Source: Trichlorobacter lovleyi SZ
GTDB lineage: Bacteria > Desulfobacterota > Desulfuromonadia > Geobacterales > Pseudopelobacteraceae
DNA: 32,000 bases
Assembly: GCF_000020385.1 (NCBI RefSeq)
Contig: NC_010814.1
Location: 1,530,001-1,562,000 of the forward strand
Direction: 5' to 3'
The position numbers and the translations under genes are program-made. The notes under the pieces are model-generated. The model had not been told where the DNA came from, did not search any database, and saw only the letters and a list, made by a program, of their open reading frames with translations. Below, piece by piece: positions 7,866 to 16,891 of the stretch (position 1 is the first letter of the stretch; every line of letters starts with the position of its first letter).

Positions 7866-8590
7866 GGCAACAGTTCCTGCCGGACAATCCGGCCATCACG
7901 CATCTCCAGCACCTGGTCTGCCAATGGCGAACTGTAGACAATCGGGTCATGGCTGGCGATCAGTACGGTCTTGCCACTGTCTTTCAGCTGGCCGATGCTC
8001 TCCATGAATGCTTGAGAAAGTTGACTGTCCAGGTGGGCGGTCGGCTCATCGGCAATAATGGCGATCGGGTTGTTGATCAGGGCGCGGGCAATGGCAACCC
8101 GCTGCAGTTCCCCGCCGGAGAGCCATTCCACCGGCGAGTTACGATGACGCAGCAGATCAAACTGTTCCATCAGCCCCAGTGCCCGCTGCTTGACCACCGG
8201 CTGCTGTTCGCCGGTGGGGTAGGCCGGCAGCATGATGTTCTGCAGGGCGCTGATCCCCTTGATCAGGTTAAACTGCTGAAAGATGAAACCAAAGGTGGAA
8301 CGGCGGATCTCGGTCAGGAACCGCTCCGGCAGGCTGGAACTGTCAAACCCCTCAGCTGACTCGCTTGCCTGAAAGAAGCTGGTCTCTACCCCCTGCAGCA
8401 TGATCCGCCCCGAACTTGGTCTGGTCATGCAGCCGATCAAGGCCAGCAGGGTGGTCTTGCCTGATCCGCTGGGGCCTTTCAGGATCGTCATGCTGCTGCG
8501 TGTAATGGTCAGGCTCACGTTATCCACCGCGGTAAAGCTGGTGGCCGGGCCGATGGCGAAGTTTTTGGTGACCTGGTTCAGTGCAATCAT
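7862..8590 (-). CDS. ABC transporter ATP-binding protein (MacB/LolD-like)
   Basis: Walker A GPSGSGKTT, signature LSGGELQR, Walker B IIADEPT, H-loop ASHD. Confidence 0.95.
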   Translation of the reverse strand: MIALNQVTKNFAIGPATSFTAVDNVSLTITRSSMTILKGPSGSGKTTLLALIGCMTRPSSGRIMLQGVETSFFQASESAEGFDSSSLPERFLTEIRRSTFGFIFQQFNLIKGISALQNIMLPAYPTGEQQPVVKQRALGLMEQFDLLRHRNSPVEWLSGGELQRVAIARALINNPIAIIADEPTAHLDSQLSQAFMESIGQLKDSGKTVLIASHDPIVYSSPLADQVLEMRDGRIVRQELLP

Positions 8591-8592
8591 GG

Positions 8593-9729
8593 TTATGACC
8601 TCATGGCTGCATCAGGGGCAATGGTGGCTGCCAGCCAGGCAGGGATAATGGTGGCCGCGGTGTAGGGCAGCACTGCAAGCACAAACAGCACCGAAAGCTG
8701 ATAGCCGTCAACAGCCGGCACCAGTTTGAACTGCGGGTACAGGATGGCCCAGCCTTTCAGGGCATGGGAGAACAGGGCGGCTGAGGAAAAGAAGACATGC
8801 AGGTAGGCCAGCAGTACACCGGCCAGGAAGGCGCTCAGCGAGATCACGGCTCCTTCCCAGAACTTCAGCAGCAGGACATCACCGGTCTCCCAGCCGATTG
8901 ACTTGAGGATGCCGATCTCCTTGCGCTCCTCTGCCGAGAGGCCGCTGGCCTTGTCCCAGGCAAAGATCACAAAGGAGAGCACTGCCGCTGCCAGGATTAC
9001 CACCATCATCCCGCCTCGCCAGTCAAACAGCGAATCATAGGTCCGCAACAGCTCGCTCTTCAGAATCGGGCGGGTGTCGGGAAACTGCTCAACAATCTTA
9101 TTGGCCACGGTCACCAGCTCACGGGGGTTGGCAACGGTCACTGCCAGGTCAGTGGCAACATCCTGCGGCATCCTGAACATGGTATGAAAATCCTCAGCTG
9201 CCATCAACACCAGATCAGCTGCCACCAGCTCCGAATGCTGCGGCAGGATACCGCTGACGGTCAGGAGCAGCGGCTTACCGCTATAGGAACGGAAGGTCAC
9301 CAGATCATCGGTCTTGATCCGCAGGTTTCCGGCAACGCCGCTGCCGATCATGATCGAACCGGGGGGGGGAGGCGCTGTATCCGGCACCAGCAGGGTGTAA
9401 TTGGCCTGAAAGACCGGGTCGTAGTAGTAGCCCCACAGGCGCGGCACCACCGCCGATACCCCGCGGATAGCGCCGATTTTCTCTGCATAGCCGACCGGTA
9501 TCAGGTCGTGGCGGCCGGCAATCATCCGCTGCACCACCATGTCGGGTGCCTCGGCCAGCAGCAGGGCCGCTTCCCGTTTCAGGGCCTGCACAAAAAAGAT
9601 CAGAGATGCAATCACAAAGATGATCAGGGTGTAGACCAGAAACAGGGAGATGTTTTTGGCCTTCCTCCGCATAAGTGAGGAGAGGGCAAAATCAAGGATA
9701 TTGCGGTGGCGGTTAAGGGCGTGGTGCAT
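8593..9729 (-). CDS. ABC transporter permease, FtsX/MacB-type (N-terminal TM, periplasmic domain, three C-terminal TMs)
   Basis: 378 aa. N-terminus ...FALSSLMRRKAKNISLFLV is typical of FtsX-family permeases. The C-terminal three-TM FtsX-like block includes ERKEIGILKSIGW. There is a 2-nt gap to the ATPase gene. Confidence 0.9.
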   Translation of the reverse strand: MHHALNRHRNILDFALSSLMRRKAKNISLFLVYTLIIFVIASLIFFVQALKREAALLLAEAPDMVVQRMIAGRHDLIPVGYAEKIGAIRGVSAVVPRLWGYYYDPVFQANYTLLVPDTAPPPPGSIMIGSGVAGNLRIKTDDLVTFRSYSGKPLLLTVSGILPQHSELVAADLVLMAAEDFHTMFRMPQDVATDLAVTVANPRELVTVANKIVEQFPDTRPILKSELLRTYDSLFDWRGGMMVVILAAAVLSFVIFAWDKASGLSAEERKEIGILKSIGWETGDVLLLKFWEGAVISLSAFLAGVLLAYLHVFFSSAALFSHALKGWAILYPQFKLVPAVDGYQLSVLFVLAVLPYTAATIIPAWLAATIAPDAAMRS

Positions 9730-10036
9730 AGGACCTCTGCAGGGTTGCGGGTGGTGTCACCAGTGAGCCGGATGGAAAATGCTCCAGGGCGGTCGGATGA
9801 TCCTGAAATGGCGCGTGCAGATCAGCCATGGCGGGATGACGGGTATAGCGGGCCTCGGTAAACAGGCAGAGATCGGTCAGGCGTAACCGGCGCACCAGTT
9901 GGGCCCGTTCCTGCAGCTCCGCGTTACGGGCGGTCCTGCTGCTGTGTGAGTGAATTCCCATCAGCAGCAGGACCGCCGTGCCGGTTGCGATCAGCAGTAT
10001 GAAGCCGGTGGAAGGGCGCATGGCTGCTCCGGTCAT
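9713..10036 (-). CDS. Small membrane-anchored hypothetical protein
   Basis: 107-aa ORF with one N-terminal TM (GFILLIATGTAVLLLMG). ATGA overlap with the upstream NosL stop and a 17-nt overlap with the permease start. No family recognised. Confidence 0.5.
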   Translation of the reverse strand: MTGAAMRPSTGFILLIATGTAVLLLMGIHSHSSRTARNAELQERAQLVRRLRLTDLCLFTEARYTRHPAMADLHAPFQDHPTALEHFPSGSLVTPPATLQRSYAPRP

Positions 10037-10503
10037 TCCAGTGTCTTCAGCAGGGCAGGAGTGATCTCATGAAACCTGACAATCCGTTTGCCTGCATGAT
10101 CTTTCAAAAACTCCTGCGCCTCGGCCAGCTTTGCAAGGGGGATCAGCTCATGCCCCATCGGTCCGTACACGTTGCTGCCGGTCACGTAGAAGGCGGTCCT
10201 GCCGTCAATCAGCTTCAGTGAATAGTAGTCCTTCACCTCAATGGCCGAGATCATGGCCGGTTTTCTGTCTGGTGCGTACCGGGACAGGTTGTTGAGGTAG
10301 CTGAACAGATCCTTGGCCCCGTCAAACCAGACTTGCCTACCGTCAGTGAATCTGATTGCAGCAGTCCAGGCCGGATACTTATGGACAAACATGCCGCAGA
10401 CCGGGCACTTGTCCTTTGGCCCCGGAGCTTGTGCTGCCAGAGTGACGGCGCTGTTCAGCCAGATGCAGGCAGTGACAGCAAACAGGAGCAGATAGCGGTT
10501 CAT
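10033..10503 (-). CDS. nosL: NosL-family (copper-chaperone-like) periplasmic/lipoprotein
   Basis: 156 aa with a signal peptide, the CPVCGM motif and NosL-like downstream conservation (FDGAKDLFSY..., GPMGHELIP). The symbol is used in the family sense only; no nosZ is present in the window. Confidence 0.8.
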   Translation of the reverse strand: MNRYLLLFAVTACIWLNSAVTLAAQAPGPKDKCPVCGMFVHKYPAWTAAIRFTDGRQVWFDGAKDLFSYLNNLSRYAPDRKPAMISAIEVKDYYSLKLIDGRTAFYVTGSNVYGPMGHELIPLAKLAEAQEFLKDHAGKRIVRFHEITPALLKTLE

Positions 10504-10571
10504 GGCTTGTTTCCTTTGCGGTGATCAGGACTGGCCGGATATCGTCAGATACCCGGCCAGGTTTATTCCAG

Positions 10572-11084
10572 CTAGTGATGACCGTCGTGCTTCATCTTCA
10601 TCATTTTGCGGCGTTCACGGATCATTCTGGTGTCATTGTACATATCTTCGTAGGCTGCCTTGATGGCGTCATCAAAGCTGCCCAGAGTCCCCTTGTGCGC
10701 CTTTATAAATGCCTCGGCATCCGCCTTGCTGGCAAAGGCCCACTTGGCCCGGGAGGTCATGACCCCCATCCTGTCACCGCCGATTACCCAGTGGGCGGTC
10801 TCTGCATCAATCAGCTTTTGGGTGGTGAAGTCCCCCACCTTGATGGAGGTCGGCATCTTGTCAATATTGTTGGCCAGTTCTACTGCCATGCAATGCAGGC
10901 TGCAGGTGCCGGTTGAACTGCCGTCCTGATAGGTCACCAGCATCCGGCTGTGGCTGAATCTGGTGCGGTCCATGCCGCAGTACTTACAGCTGTCCGGGCC
11001 TTCAACCTTGTCAGTGGCAGTCACCAGGGCAGCCGTTGTCAGTAAAAGGGTCAGGGTAGCCAGAAACTTCAGTAGGTTTTTCAT
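10572..11084 (-). CDS. Second NosL-like protein with His/Met-rich C-terminal tail
   Basis: Start moved to MKNLLKFLATL (ATG 11084), with AGGAGA 7 nt upstream. Contains a CKYCGM motif, CSLHC, and the tail RRKMMKMKHDGHH. Confidence 0.8.
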   Translation of the reverse strand: MKNLLKFLATLTLLLTTAALVTATDKVEGPDSCKYCGMDRTRFSHSRMLVTYQDGSSTGTCSLHCMAVELANNIDKMPTSIKVGDFTTQKLIDAETAHWVIGGDRMGVMTSRAKWAFASKADAEAFIKAHKGTLGSFDDAIKAAYEDMYNDTRMIRERRKMMKMKHDGHH

Positions 11085-11146
11085 TGTCTGTTCTCCTGTC
11101 TGGAATATGTGTAACGCGGTTTTTGCCTGCTGTCCATTGCAGCCCA

Positions 11147-13153
11147 CTAGAATTTATAGGCCATGGTCAGGTAGACGTTCCGTCCGTTTTCCGGAACGCG
11201 GTAGCCGACACCGCTGACAAAGGGGTCACGCAGATAAGACAGGTGGCTGTAGTACTGGGTGTCCAGAATGTTGTTGATGCCGCCGGTCACGGAGAACCCT
11301 TTGTACTGATAGCCTGCCTTCAGGTCAGTGGTTACCCACCCGGCAGTCTTTTGTTCGTTCAGGCTGCTGTCAATGCGATCCTGTTCGCGGCTGAGGGTCT
11401 CAAGCAGTTCGGCAAAGAAGCTGCCGTTGTCATAGCGGATGGAGATGGTGCCTTTCAGGGGCGGCATCTCGGACAGCGGGCGATTGCCGCTGATATTTCG
11501 CCCTTCGGTGTAGGAAAGGGTGCCCCTCAGAAACAGGTCGGCCGGCAATGAAACCTGGCTACCCAGTTCGGCACCCCAGATGCTGGCATGGATATTCTGA
11601 TAGCTCTTCAGGGTAGCGGAGGCCTGGTAGAAGTTCACGTAATCCTGCAGGTCGCTGTAAAAGATCGAGGCATTGACATAAAAACGATCCGTTGCGTACT
11701 TGGCTCCAAGGTCAGCCTGATGGTTGACGGTTGCCTTGAGGCCCTGGTTGCCGCGCCAGGCCGGGTTCCCCGGCAGATCAAGAAACAGTTCCTGCTGGTC
11801 GGGGGTGCGGGTGCCCCGTCCCAGGCCGGTGAAGATCACCAGTTCCTTGAAGGGGGTGTAGTTCAGCTGCAGGTTTGCGCTGATGGTGCTGAATTCCTTT
11901 GAACTGCCGGCAGTCACCATGGTGTTGGCTCTGTCTGCCTTGGCCCGGGTCAGATCGCCACGTACGCCGCCGGTCAGGCTTAGTTTGCCGCCAAGCGGCA
12001 GGGTATACTCACCGAACAGGCCGAAGTTTTCAATCGTCACATCCGGGATCATGGCAAGGTCGCGGTAGTTAAAATACATGGCCCGGCGATTGGTGGCATC
12101 CCAGTTGCGGTTGTAGTAGTCCAGCCCGCTCTTCAGACTGCCCGGTCCGAGCTTCAGCTCTGCCTGCAGTTTTGCTCCATAGGTCTGGGTGGAGGCATCG
12201 GTCTGCATGGAATAGAACCGTGGTGATGTGCTGGAGCTGAAGCGGCTGCGGTCATCCATCAGGTGTTCAACCCGGTCCCAGTAGACCTGCAGCTTCAGAT
12301 CCTGCAGCAGTGCCGAGAGGTTCTGAATCCGGTAGCTCCAGTTCATACGGTCGGTCCTGTCGTAGTCGGCATCCATCTTCAGGTAGGGGTAGAGGACATG
12401 GTCCGCATCCTGATAGGTATAGCTGAGCTCCGTGCGTGAATTGGCAGTCGGGTTAAGCCCCAGCTTGCCCCAGCCGGTGTTGATCTCGTAGGCCTTGGAG
12501 TCAATGGCGGTGTTCTTGTAACGGTTCGGGCTGGTTGCGGGATAGATCTGGGTCAGCAGCTTGCCGTTGCCGGACTGGGGGACATCGGAATATTTGTAGG
12601 CGTAGCCCATCAGGGCATCATAGCGCTCTGTGCCATAGGATGCGGTGGCCGCAGCATTGGTGCCGTGCCAGTCGCCGTATCCCAGGCTGAGCTCACCGCC
12701 AAATCCCTTGCCCGGCCGTTTGGTCTGGGCGTCAATCAGACCCCCCAGGCCACCGGGGTTGGAGAGATCATAGGGGCCCTTGATGATCCTGACCTGCTCA
12801 ATCTCGGCAAAATCATAGTGGAACGACGGCGGGTCCATTCGGGAGGGGCAGGCGCCATGCAGGCGGACGCCATCCACCAGGACGTTGATATTGTCCTTCT
12901 GAAAGCCGCGCAGCACCACATCATTGGCAATTGCCCCCTTGTGGACAATGTTGATTCCTTCCACCTGTTTCAGGGCCTCACCCATATCCCTGGCTGGACT
13001 TTCACGAACTTCCCGGACAGAAAGACTCTCTTCCTTCGGTGATTCCTTGTCGGCGCGGACAATGATTTCATCAAGCAGCAGATGTTCGGCACGGGCTGTC
13101 TGGGCTGTCAGTGTCAGCAGCAGCGCCAGCAGCGAAAGCTGTTGTACGGTCAT
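11147..13153 (-). CDS. TonB-dependent outer-membrane receptor
   Basis: 668 aa. Signal peptide, then a plug region (DEIIVRA...VEGINIV...LRGF), a long beta-barrel, and a C-terminus ending ...YLTMAYKF. GGAGGA RBS. Confidence 0.95.
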   Translation of the reverse strand: MTVQQLSLLALLLTLTAQTARAEHLLLDEIIVRADKESPKEESLSVREVRESPARDMGEALKQVEGINIVHKGAIANDVVLRGFQKDNINVLVDGVRLHGACPSRMDPPSFHYDFAEIEQVRIIKGPYDLSNPGGLGGLIDAQTKRPGKGFGGELSLGYGDWHGTNAAATASYGTERYDALMGYAYKYSDVPQSGNGKLLTQIYPATSPNRYKNTAIDSKAYEINTGWGKLGLNPTANSRTELSYTYQDADHVLYPYLKMDADYDRTDRMNWSYRIQNLSALLQDLKLQVYWDRVEHLMDDRSRFSSSTSPRFYSMQTDASTQTYGAKLQAELKLGPGSLKSGLDYYNRNWDATNRRAMYFNYRDLAMIPDVTIENFGLFGEYTLPLGGKLSLTGGVRGDLTRAKADRANTMVTAGSSKEFSTISANLQLNYTPFKELVIFTGLGRGTRTPDQQELFLDLPGNPAWRGNQGLKATVNHQADLGAKYATDRFYVNASIFYSDLQDYVNFYQASATLKSYQNIHASIWGAELGSQVSLPADLFLRGTLSYTEGRNISGNRPLSEMPPLKGTISIRYDNGSFFAELLETLSREQDRIDSSLNEQKTAGWVTTDLKAGYQYKGFSVTGGINNILDTQYYSHLSYLRDPFVSGVGYRVPENGRNVYLTMAYKF

Positions 13154-13221
13154 GGCAGTAGTCCTCCATAGCGTTGTCAGTCGTAAGGATCAAATGTCGA
13201 TTACGGCGCTGATTGTCTGGA

Positions 13222-13791
13222 TCAGACAGGCTTTGGAGGGGGGAGCAACGGCCTGGATGAGGGCGAGTGCAGAGTGCTGACGGGGGAGGGTGGATAGGGT
13301 GATTTTTCAGGCGGCACAATGACCACCCGGTAGATAAACGGCATGCCTTCATTGCCCTGGCTATTAAGCAGTGCGGACTGGCTGCTGTCACCGCAGGGGC
13401 AGCCGCAGCTGAGAACCGTCTCTGCAGCCTGTGGTGCGGGCAGTTCGGCCTGCCGGGTAGTGATGGTTTCTTCCAGTACGGCGTGGACCGATTCGGCGGA
13501 CAGCGTGGTGTGACAGCAATCAGCCGTGTTGGCGGCAGATTCCGGAGGACGGTTTTCCGGCTGCTTTTTCTTCCAGCAACAGCAGGTGCGATTCAATTGA
13601 CTCTGCAGGGAACAGCCGTCCCGCGTGCAGTCTCCGCTGCAGGCAACCCGGCCGTCGTGGGCATGCTGATGCGGTTGGAGCGCCAGTGAGGGCAACGGTC
13701 CCGCTGCAATCAGCAGGTAGATGGCGGTCATCAGGGCGGCAATGCCCCGTCGCAGCGGTCTCAGAGAGGTATGTGCGGGTGTCGGTGGCAT
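13222..13791 (-). CDS. Cys/His-rich secreted or membrane-anchored hypothetical protein; first gene of the operon
   Basis: I prefer ATG 13791 (MPPTPAHTSL...), with AGGAG 7 nt upstream, over the track's TTG at 13824. One TM/signal segment (IAALMTAIYLLIAAGPL). Motifs HQHAHD, CSGDCTRDGC, CCCW, DCCH and CGCPCG, followed by a Pro-rich tail. Confidence 0.65.
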   Translation of the reverse strand: MPPTPAHTSLRPLRRGIAALMTAIYLLIAAGPLPSLALQPHQHAHDGRVACSGDCTRDGCSLQSQLNRTCCCWKKKQPENRPPESAANTADCCHTTLSAESVHAVLEETITTRQAELPAPQAAETVLSCGCPCGDSSQSALLNSQGNEGMPFIYRVVIVPPEKSPYPPSPVSTLHSPSSRPLLPPPKPV

Positions 13792-13819
13792 AAGGGCTCC
13801 TGATTGCTTGTCTCTCTTT

Positions 13820-13835
13820 ATCAAGAACCGTGCCG
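13820..13835 (-). promoter_or_regulatory. Sigma-54-like -24/-12 element upstream of the Cys-rich/TonB/NosL/ABC operon
   Basis: The minus strand reads CGGCACG-GTTC-TTGAT. The GG-to-TTG spacing matches TGGCACG-N4-TTGCW, but -12 has GA instead of GC. It ends about 28 nt upstream of ATG 13791, leaving room for a short leader with AGGAG. It is part of a 19-mer repeated at 17032..17050. Confidence 0.5.
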
Positions 13836-13897
13836 TTGGTGCTAAGTGTCTGATATTAAACGTTTGTTTAAATGTTGTTGAGTTGGTTGGTTTTTTG

Positions 13898-13917
13898 TTG
13901 TCTTATTTTGAGACAGG
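13898..13917. promoter_or_regulatory. Inverted-repeat motif TGTCTTA-TTT-TGAGACA (candidate activator binding site / UAS) in the divergent intergenic region
   Basis: TTGTCTTATTTTGAGACAGG is 16/20 identical to 16897..16916. It lies about 70 nt upstream of the -24 element at 13835 and about 60 nt upstream of the kinase start. Confidence 0.4.
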
Positions 13918-13973
13918 CGTTATGGTGCTCACACACGTAGCGTATCCTTGCCTTTCATGACAGGTCAGCGACT

Positions 13974-15557
13974 ATGGCACCTCACCGGAAAAAGCTTTGT
14001 GCCCTGCTGGATGACTCGGGCAAAACAGTTGGCAGGGCAGAGATAATCCAGCAATTTCCCGCCCTGATCTGGCACTCGGGCTTTGATGCCCGTTGTGATT
14101 ATTTTAACCAGACCTGGCTGGCGTTTACCGGCCGGACCCTGGCGCAGGAACTGGGGGATGGCTGGGCAGAGGGGGTTCACCCCGATGATCTGCCGGATTG
14201 TCTCACAACCTACCGGGAGGCGTTTGCGGCCCGGCAGCCGTTTACCATGGAATACCGTCTGCGCTACCATGACGGTTCCTATCGCTGGATTGTTGATCAC
14301 GGTGCTCCCCACTATGCCATTGACGGCTGTTTCTGCGGTTATATCGGCAGTTGCTACGACATTACCCCCCAAAAAGAGTCCGAACGGTCACTGCAGATCT
14401 CCCGGGTTGAGCTGGAGCAGCGGATAGAGCAGTGTTCCTGTGATCTGCAAAAAAGCCATGATCTTCTGAACAGTCTCTCCCAGCAGGTTCCCGGCGGGAT
14501 CTACCAGTTTCAGATGTTTTCCGACGGCCGCTACTGCGTCCCCTATGCCAGCCGGACCATGCTTGAGCTTTTCGAGATTACCCCCGAAGATATTCAGTAC
14601 GATGCAACCTGTCTCTTTGATCGGGTCCTGCCGGATGAGCTGCCCGGCGTGATCGACTCGATTCAGGAGTCTGCCGTTACCCAGACCCCCTGGCACCGCG
14701 AATTCCGGGCGGCTATTCCGTCGAAAGGGATACGCTGGTTCCAGGCTGATTCACGCCCCCGCCGGCAGCCGGACAACAGTGTGATCTGGTGTGGTTTTGT
14801 CACTGATATTACCGAACGCAAGGAGCTTGAACGCCAGCTGGTTGAGGCGCAGCGTCTGGAGTACATCGGCCAGCTGGCAGCCGGGGTGGCCCATGAGGTC
14901 AGAAACCCCCTGAATGCCATCCTGACCGTCACCGAGGCGCTTTTCCGGGAGGAGGGGGTCGAGGGCAATCAAACCTTGACTCCCTATATTGAGCATATCC
15001 GTTCCCAGGTTGTCCGGCTTGCCCGGCTGATGAACGATCTGCTCAGCCTGGGACGGCGCCAGCAGGAAGATCAACTGGTGCCGCTGGCACTGGCTGAATT
15101 TTGCCGCCAGACCGCACAGCTCTGGCAGGAGAGTAGTCCGGCGGGCCACCGTCGGCTGGCGCTGGAGATCCCCCCTGAGGCGGAAACCGCGCTGGCCCGT
15201 GCGGACAAAGATCGTTTGCAGCAGGTGTTGTTTAACCTCCTGGATAACGCCGGGCAGCACAGTCCGCCGGAGAGCAGCATCAGCCTGGTACTTGACCAGC
15301 CTCACGTCTCTGCCGGGGAGCGACACCTGCGGTTGCGGGTGATTGATCAGGGCAGCGGGGTGGCGCCTGGCCTGTATGAAAGGGCTTTTGAACCGTTTTT
15401 TACCACCCGCAAGGGGGGCACCGGATTGGGGCTTGCCCTGGTGAAACAGTTTGTCGATCAGATGGGAGGGATGGTGCAGATCTGTAATAATGATCCTGAA
15501 CCGGGCTGCACGGTTACGTTGCAGTTACAGCCGGCGCCGGAGGAATGCCTGTCATGA
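13974..15557 (+). CDS. Soluble sensor histidine kinase with two PAS domains
   Basis: 527 aa with no TM segment. PAS-like blocks (WIVDHGAP..., GIRWFQADSRP...VTDITERKE). H-box AAGVAHEVRNPLNAI. N/G boxes NLLDNAGQH and GTGLGLALV. Confidence 0.95.
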   Translation: MAPHRKKLCALLDDSGKTVGRAEIIQQFPALIWHSGFDARCDYFNQTWLAFTGRTLAQELGDGWAEGVHPDDLPDCLTTYREAFAARQPFTMEYRLRYHDGSYRWIVDHGAPHYAIDGCFCGYIGSCYDITPQKESERSLQISRVELEQRIEQCSCDLQKSHDLLNSLSQQVPGGIYQFQMFSDGRYCVPYASRTMLELFEITPEDIQYDATCLFDRVLPDELPGVIDSIQESAVTQTPWHREFRAAIPSKGIRWFQADSRPRRQPDNSVIWCGFVTDITERKELERQLVEAQRLEYIGQLAAGVAHEVRNPLNAILTVTEALFREEGVEGNQTLTPYIEHIRSQVVRLARLMNDLLSLGRRQQEDQLVPLALAEFCRQTAQLWQESSPAGHRRLALEIPPEAETALARADKDRLQQVLFNLLDNAGQHSPPESSISLVLDQPHVSAGERHLRLRVIDQGSGVAPGLYERAFEPFFTTRKGGTGLGLALVKQFVDQMGGMVQICNNDPEPGCTVTLQLQPAPEECLS

Positions 15558-16891
15558 AACCGCAGATTTTGCTGATTGAAGACTGTGCCGTAACCCGCTT
15601 CGGAGTGGTCCGTTATTTTTCAAAGGACGGCTATCAGATCAGTGAAGCCGGATCACTGGCCGAGGCCACCAGGTTGATGGCTGAGCGACGTTTTGACCTG
15701 ATTATCATTGATGTCAACCTGCCCGACGGTAACGGCCTTGACTTGATCAGAGCCGAACGGGAGGCCCAGAATCTGGTGCCGATTATTGTGGTTACCGGCG
15801 CCGGAGATATCCCCCTGGCGGTTGAGGCGATGCAGTGCGGCGCCGACAACTTTCTGACCAAACCGCTTGATATGCCGGCCCTTTCGATTTCGCTGGCCAA
15901 ATCCCTTGAGCTGGGAACGCTTAAACGGCAGTCAATGGCCCGCAAGCGGATGGAAAAACAGCTGGGCATCTTTTTTGGCGCCACACCGGCCATGCAGGAG
16001 GTGCAACAGGTTGCCCGGATGGCTGTTGACAACGCCCATCCGGTGCTGATCACCGGTGAAACCGGTACCGGCAAGGGGATGCTGGCCAAGTGGATTCACC
16101 AGCAGGGCTGCCGTGCCCAGTACGAGTTTGTTGAGTTGAACTGCTCAAGTCTGCGGGGGGAGATGCTCTCCCGCGAGCTGTTCGGTGCCCAGCGGGGGGC
16201 CTACACCTCGGCCGATCAGGACCGTCGCGGGCTGGTTGATGTTGCTGACCGCGGCAGTCTGTTTCTGGACGAGATCGGCGATATGAGCAGTGAAGTGCAG
16301 GCCCAGTTTCTCAAACTGCTTGAAGACAAGACTTACCGGCGGCTGGGGGATGTCAAACTGCTGAAAAGCGACTTCCGGCTGATCTGCGCCACCCACCGCG
16401 ACCTGCATGCCTTCTGTGCCGATGGTCAGTTTCGGCAGGATCTGTTCTACCGGATCAACCTGATCCATATCCATCTTCCACCTCTCAGGGAGCGCCGGGA
16501 GGACTTGCCGGCCATTACCTCCTACCTGCTCAACCTGCTGGGGGCAACTGATCAGGTGCTGACTGACGAGGTGCGAGGGCTGCTGTTCTCCTATGACTGG
16601 CCCGGCAATATCCGTGAAATGCGCAACGTGCTGGAGCGGGCCCTGCTGCTGACCCCGCCGGGCGGCACCCTGCGGCACTCACTGTTTTCCTGTATAAACG
16701 GTGGGCAGCGGCCCTGTCCAATCCATCTGTCTGCAGAGCCTCAGACCGTGCAGCAGGTTGAAACGGCCCATATTCAGGCCGTCCTTGCCCAGCATGGCGG
16801 TAATGTGGATAAGGCCGCCAAGGCATTAAACCTTTCCCGCGCCACCCTCTATCGCCGCCTCAAGCAACTCAGAGATGAGGGAGGCTGCTGA
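15554..16891 (+). CDS. NtrC-family sigma-54-dependent response regulator (REC, AAA+, Fis-type HTH)
   Basis: REC domain (ILLIEDC...DLIIIDVNLPDGNG). Walker A GETGTGKG, Walker B LFLDEIGDM, sigma-54 contact loop variant GAYTSA, HTH ...AAKALNLSRATLYRRLK. ATG 15554 makes an ATGA overlap with the kinase stop and sits 9 nt after GGAGGA; the in-frame ATG 15545 is an alternative. Confidence 0.95.
   Translation: MKPQILLIEDCAVTRFGVVRYFSKDGYQISEAGSLAEATRLMAERRFDLIIIDVNLPDGNGLDLIRAEREAQNLVPIIVVTGAGDIPLAVEAMQCGADNFLTKPLDMPALSISLAKSLELGTLKRQSMARKRMEKQLGIFFGATPAMQEVQQVARMAVDNAHPVLITGETGTGKGMLAKWIHQQGCRAQYEFVELNCSSLRGEMLSRELFGAQRGAYTSADQDRRGLVDVADRGSLFLDEIGDMSSEVQAQFLKLLEDKTYRRLGDVKLLKSDFRLICATHRDLHAFCADGQFRQDLFYRINLIHIHLPPLRERREDLPAITSYLLNLLGATDQVLTDEVRGLLFSYDWPGNIREMRNVLERALLLTPPGGTLRHSLFSCINGGQRPCPIHLSAEPQTVQQVETAHIQAVLAQHGGNVDKAAKALNLSRATLYRRLKQLRDEGGC

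Noticed and set aside
10525-10556. Hairpin ctggccgg...ccggccag between the two NosL-like genes, as a terminator
   Set aside because: The stem is only 8 bp with a 14-nt loop and has no following U-run on the minus strand. The genes look co-transcribed, so at most it is a processing or attenuation site that I cannot support.
13792-13824. N-terminal extensions offered by the ORF track from TTG/GTG starts (13824 for the Cys-rich protein; similarly 6705, 11147, 18335, 20610, 21274, 28589, 30122)
   Set aside because: In each case an internal ATG preceded by a good Shine-Dalgarno sequence starts a sensible signal peptide or a conserved N-terminus. The extensions cover promoter or RBS sequence.
14083-16826. 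Antisense and out-of-frame ORFs within the kinase and regulator genes (e.g. 14751..15326, 15634..16089, 16145..16678)
   Set aside because: The sense frames carry complete HisKA/HATPase and REC/AAA+/HTH motifs. The alternatives show no motifs and have typical GC-skewed shadow composition.
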